DNA of 64,000 bases, taken from NCBI GenBank assembly GCA_963796685.1, contig CAWCMR010000005.1, positions 361,513-425,512 of the forward strand, in the 5' to 3' direction. Positions 60,801 through 64,000 of the stretch are shown piece after piece. Each line of letters begins with the position of its first letter. Position 1 is the stretch's first letter. The DNA is from an uncultured delta proteobacterium (GTDB lineage Bacteria; Myxococcota_A; Polyangia; Fen-1088). Under the pieces are notes generated by a model. That model saw nothing but the letters and a program-made list of their open reading frames with translations, was not told the origin of the DNA and did not search any database. The translations under genes were made by a program, and so were the position numbers.

Positions 60801-63731
60801 AAACCCTTCGCGCTGCCGGTCGCTGGCGCGCGCGCCAAATTGCCGACCGACAAGGCCGGCGACTTCGCGCTGTCGCTGCAAAACGCGACGGGCGAGGTCG
60901 TCCAGGAGATCCCCTTCGCCGTGGCCGGCTTCGGCAATCTGGCGCGGTCGCTGGAGAAGAACGCCGAATTGCAGCTCGCCCTCAAGACCGGCGACGTGGC
61001 CCCCGGCGGCGAGCTCGAAATGCAGATCAAGGCGCCCTACACGGGCAATGGCCTCATCACCGTCGAGCGCGAGAAGGTCTTCGCCTGGAAGTGGTTCCAC
61101 ACCAGCGAGACGGCGAGCGTGCAGAAGATCAAGGTACCGGCCGAGCTGGAGGGCGGGGGCTACGTCTCGGTGTCGTTCGTGCGCGACGCGGCCTCGGAGG
61201 AGGTGTTCATGAGCCCGCTCAGCTACGCCACGGTGCCCTTCGCCATCAGTCGCGGCAAGCGCGCCTTGAACGTGAAGGTCGACACCGAGGACCTGGTGAA
61301 ACCGGGAGACAAGCTGACCATGAAGCTCAGCGCGAATCGCAAGGGCCGCGCCCTGGTCTATGCCGTCGACGAGGGCATTTTGCGCGTGGCCCACTACCAC
61401 ACCCCGGATCCGCTGAGCCATTTCCTGCAGAAGCGCGCGCTCTCGGTGCGCACCACGCAGATCCTCGATCTGATCCTGCCCGAGCTGGCCAAGCTGCAAG
61501 ACACGGCCGCCCCGGGCGGCGACGGGGAGGAGGCCGCGCTCGGCGCCAACTTGAATCCCTTCCGGCGCAAGCACGACAAGCCGGTCGTCTTCTGGTCCGG
61601 GATCGTCGAGGTCGGACCGCAGGCCACGGAGCTGAGCTACGACGTGCCCGACAACTTCAACGGCACCCTGCGCGTGATGGCCGTGGCGGCCTCGGACCTC
61701 GGCATGGGTGCGTTCGACAAGAAGATCCTGGTGCGCGGCGACTTCGTGATCAGCCCCAACGCCCCGACCTTCGCCGCGCCCGGCGACGAGCTGGACGTCT
61801 CGGTGGGGCTGGCCAACAACGTGGTCGGCTCGGGCAAGAACGCCAAGCCCAAGCTGTCGCTGACCACCTCGAGCCACCTCGAGATCATCGGCCCGCGCGA
61901 GATCGAGCTGCCCATCGGCGAGATGCGCGAGGGCAGCGCCGTGTTCCGCGTGCGCGCCCGCAAGGAGCTGGGCTCGGCCAGCCTGCGCTTCGAGGCCCGC
62001 CTCGGCGACAAGCATGCTCGCCTGACCACCGATCTCAGCGTGCGCCCGGCGTCGCCTTTCGTGACCACCTTGCAGGCCGGGTACCTCAAGAACGGCAACA
62101 CCACCGCGACCATCGAGCGCAAGCTGTTCGCCGAGCACCGCACCCTCGATGCGGGCATCGCGGCGGTTCCCTTGTCGCTGGCCCACGGCCTGGCCGACTA
62201 CCTGGCCAGCTTCCCGCACGCCTGCACCGAGCAACTGGTCAGCCAGGCCGCGCCAGCGGTGGTGCTGGGCAAGCGGCCCGAATTCGGTTTCGACAAGGCC
62301 AAGTCCGCGATGGCGGTCGCCAATTTGATCGATGTGCTGCGCTCGCGGCAGAACGAGGAGGGCGGCTTCGGGCTGTGGACCGCCAATCCCAAGAGCGCGA
62401 CCGTGCCCACGGTGTGGGCGCTGCACCTTCTGACCGAGGCGCACGAGCGAGGGTATGCCGTGCCCGAAGAGCTGATGAGAAACGGCCTGCGCTACCTCGA
62501 AACCCTGGCCAGCGAGACGCCCGACGATCTCGCCGACTCGCGCATCCGGGCCCACGCGCTCTACGTGCTGGCCCGCAATGACGTCAAGGTGGGTCGTCAC
62601 GCGGCGGCCTTGCAACACTGGCTGGAAGCCAACGCCGGGAAGGCGTGGCGCGAAGAGCTGGCCAGCGCGTATCTCGGCGCCACCTACAGCATCCTGAAAC
62701 AGGACAGCCTGGCGGGCGAGATCGCCGACGCGATCAAGCTCGGCGCCAAGCACCAGGCCGACTACGAGCACTACTACGACGACCTCGGGCACGATGCCCA
62801 GGCCCTGCTGCTCATCGCCCGGCACTTCCCCAAGCGCGCGGCGAAGGTCGGCAAGGAAGATCTGGACGGCATCGTGGCCGCGATAGCGAACGGCAGCTAC
62901 AACACCTTCTCCTCGGCGCTCAGCATCCTGGCCTTGGAGGCCTTCGCGGCCGTGGCCGCCGAGCCCGGCGCCACCACGCGGACCCTGCACGAGGTCGTGC
63001 AAGGCAACAAGCAGCCGCTGACCTTGCCGGGCGGTCTTTTGCCTCATGTGGCCTTCTCGGACAAGGCGACGGCCCTGGTCTTCGGTAGTCACGGCGACTT
63101 CGGCAGCTATTGGTCGCTGTCGCAAAGCGGGTTCGACCTCGAGCCGGCCAAGAAGGCCATGAGCAACAAGCTGGAGATCGTGCGCGAGCTCCTGGGCGAC
63201 GACGACAAACCCATCAAGAAGGTCAATCTCGGCGACGAGATCAGCGCGCGCATCCGGGTGCGCTCCTTGGGCGACCCGGTTTGGAACGTAGCCATCGTCG
63301 ACCTCCTCCCCGCCGGATTCGAGGTGGTCATGCAGACCGCGGAACAAGGCGGCGGTTCGTCCGAAGGCGAGGACCATGCCCAGCCGAACGACGAGCCCTC
63401 CGGCGAGGGGGAAGGCAATGAAGAACAAGGCGAGGGAGAAGGCGAAGGCCAGGAAGAAGGCGGCGAGGCAACGCCGAGCGGTGCGGCCGGCCCCGGCCTT
63501 CTGACCATCGCCTTGCCAGGCAGCGATCTCGCCCTCGACTACGTGGACGTGCGCGAGGATCGCGTCGTGCTCTACGGCTCCGTGGGCAAGCAGATGAGCA
63601 CCTTCCGCTACAAGATCAAGGCCACCAACGCCGGCAAGGTCGTGACCCCGGCGATCCACGCCGAATCCATGTACGACCGCTCGGTCCGCGCCAGGGGAGA
63701 GCCCGGGAGTCTCGTCGTCGTACGGCCATGA
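57855..63731 (+). CDS. Bacterial alpha-2-macroglobulin
   Basis: ERGLYRPGD, AVDEGIL, PDNFNGTLRVMAVA, thioester CTEQ, DLLPAGFE, REDRV, AESMYD; GGAGG RBS. Confidence 0.95.
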   Translation: MRRLLAMLVRALTAALGRWDPPPWVRWNGRQARRGGVWAWGHKVKATCLVVALVGASLGGVYGWRWWQGRPKPATVAVHVFEPGLTPIGEKATPRPLRVEFSASAAPLKAVGTVVKKGIVVDPKIDGIWKWVSDRELELRPREDWPVGQKFSVRFERKGLVASHIKLAKYDFDFSTAPFVARLRQAEFYQDPVDPNLKKIVSEFAFSHPVDGPSFEKNIRMRFEPTNKEERSFDLEAHVTYDKWKARAFVHSNPFALPQKDALVTLRLLPGSQAARGGPAMDKPIEQKVRVPGLYNFFRVSSTQIQIVDNPRMEPEQILVMQLSTAATEKEIGKSFEAWLLPTKNPHDESKHKGAYRWDNPESVDGEVLGKGKRLALTQLPAEKELSSDHSFRFHADPGRFIYLRLKKGVQAFGGYILGEDHQAILEVPPFPRQVKLLHSGSLLALSGQRKLSVFVRDVPGLRFEVARVLSEQIHHVFSFNNGSFSKPSLQYPVTQEHLAEIEVETREVTAPPGKPAYETLDLGKYLDGSSGARRGLFFIKVESWSPQTKQTMGEADTRLVLVSDLGILSKEAGDGSHDVFVQSIQTGKPVAGAHVQVIGRNGQPVLGQTTDGEGHARLPSLRDLRQEKAPTMFLVTLGRDTSFLPYGRQDRLLDMSRFDVGGVTDSESNQGLSAYVFSERGLYRPGDEIHIGALVRSRDLGQDLSGLPLEMVVSDARGMEVKRQRFKLGATGLEEFSHRTREESPTGNYTVSLYTVKDGRADSQIGSTSVTVREFLPDRMTIHSSFSLENPAGWVTPKGLEGRVSLANLFGTPATDRRIRAKLILTPGMPSFPSLRDFHFYNPQKNIEPTEQQLPDGKTDAEGKATVALGLDRFADATYRLTLVTEGFEAEGGRSVTSEASTVVSPRPWLIGYKSDGDLQYVNKDAAREVELVAVGPKGAKVAADKLQMVVLERRYVSSLVRLENGTFRYQSVRKDVEVSRKPFALPVAGARAKLPTDKAGDFALSLQNATGEVVQEIPFAVAGFGNLARSLEKNAELQLALKTGDVAPGGELEMQIKAPYTGNGLITVEREKVFAWKWFHTSETASVQKIKVPAELEGGGYVSVSFVRDAASEEVFMSPLSYATVPFAISRGKRALNVKVDTEDLVKPGDKLTMKLSANRKGRALVYAVDEGILRVAHYHTPDPLSHFLQKRALSVRTTQILDLILPELAKLQDTAAPGGDGEEAALGANLNPFRRKHDKPVVFWSGIVEVGPQATELSYDVPDNFNGTLRVMAVAASDLGMGAFDKKILVRGDFVISPNAPTFAAPGDELDVSVGLANNVVGSGKNAKPKLSLTTSSHLEIIGPREIELPIGEMREGSAVFRVRARKELGSASLRFEARLGDKHARLTTDLSVRPASPFVTTLQAGYLKNGNTTATIERKLFAEHRTLDAGIAAVPLSLAHGLADYLASFPHACTEQLVSQAAPAVVLGKRPEFGFDKAKSAMAVANLIDVLRSRQNEEGGFGLWTANPKSATVPTVWALHLLTEAHERGYAVPEELMRNGLRYLETLASETPDDLADSRIRAHALYVLARNDVKVGRHAAALQHWLEANAGKAWREELASAYLGATYSILKQDSLAGEIADAIKLGAKHQADYEHYYDDLGHDAQALLLIARHFPKRAAKVGKEDLDGIVAAIANGSYNTFSSALSILALEAFAAVAAEPGATTRTLHEVVQGNKQPLTLPGGLLPHVAFSDKATALVFGSHGDFGSYWSLSQSGFDLEPAKKAMSNKLEIVRELLGDDDKPIKKVNLGDEISARIRVRSLGDPVWNVAIVDLLPAGFEVVMQTAEQGGGSSEGEDHAQPNDEPSGEGEGNEEQGEGEGEGQEEGGEATPSGAAGPGLLTIALPGSDLALDYVDVREDRVVLYGSVGKQMSTFRYKIKATNAGKVVTPAIHAESMYDRSVRARGEPGSLVVVRP

Positions 63732-64000
63732 AGCTCCGGGTTGTCCGCTCCACCCCTGCTCGTGCCCTAGCGCTGGTGCTGCTGGCGTTCAGCCTATTGC
63801 TTGTGGTGGCGCGCCTGACCCCGCATGTGCCTCTTTCGACCCGCGTGCCTCTGTCGCGCGCGGTGTATGCCCGCGGTGGCGAGCTTTTGCGCGTGACTCT
63901 CGCGGATGACGACCAGATCCGACTGTGGACACCCTTGTCGGCCATTTCGCCGCTGGCTGTGCGGGCGACGTTGCTCTACGAAGATCGCTGGTTCCGTTTT
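63728..64000 (+). CDS. pbpC: Penicillin-binding protein 1C, 5' end (runs off the window)
   Basis: ATGA overlap with A2M; TM helix, then GELLRVTLADDDQIRLWTPL...LLYEDRWF. Confidence 0.85.
   Translation, partial: MKLRVVRSTPARALALVLLAFSLLLVVARLTPHVPLSTRVPLSRAVYARGGELLRVTLADDDQIRLWTPLSAISPLAVRATLLYEDRWFRF

Noticed and set aside
59181-63659. 1492-aa minus-strand ORF and similar long antisense ORFs elsewhere
   Set aside because: Shadow frames of GC-rich genes; no recognisable motifs.

Overview
GC-rich bacterial window; Gly-rich lipoproteins, bshA/bshC and a LexA-box-like motif suggest Myxococcota/Polyangia (inference). Left part: a type I-G (I-U) CRISPR-Cas locus. The effector operon cas3-cas8g-cas7-csb2 (689-8552) is separated from cas4/1-cas2 and a 98-repeat array (18494-25582) by about 7.7 kb of cargo: TA remnants, intact vapBC and RHH-PIN modules, a putative toxin plus degenerate ImmA/IrrE-like pair, a DGQHR protein plus a protein with a ubiquitin-like-looking tail, and a DUF222-HNH gene. 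Middle: two tandem splicease-like radical SAM/SPASM enzymes downstream of a Gly-rich, Cys-rich lipoprotein-like putative substrate ending VYKGVSFPD, then marC, a GT4, a methyltransferase, bshA/bshC, a large PIG-L protein with an SSS transporter, and a zone of deleted ATPase/HEPN genes. Right part: dinB, several TA modules (some flanked by attC-like remnants), an apparently circularly permuted GH45 lipoprotein, a dsrMK-like pair, an APC permease, a glycosyltransferase, a phzF pseudogene, alpha-2-macroglobulin and the start of pbpC. Best candidates for undescribed biology: the dual rSAM/lipoprotein system, the permuted GH45, and the cargo operons inside the CRISPR-Cas locus. All family calls come from motif recognition by eye and all counts are manual. 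Several frameshifts may be assembly errors.
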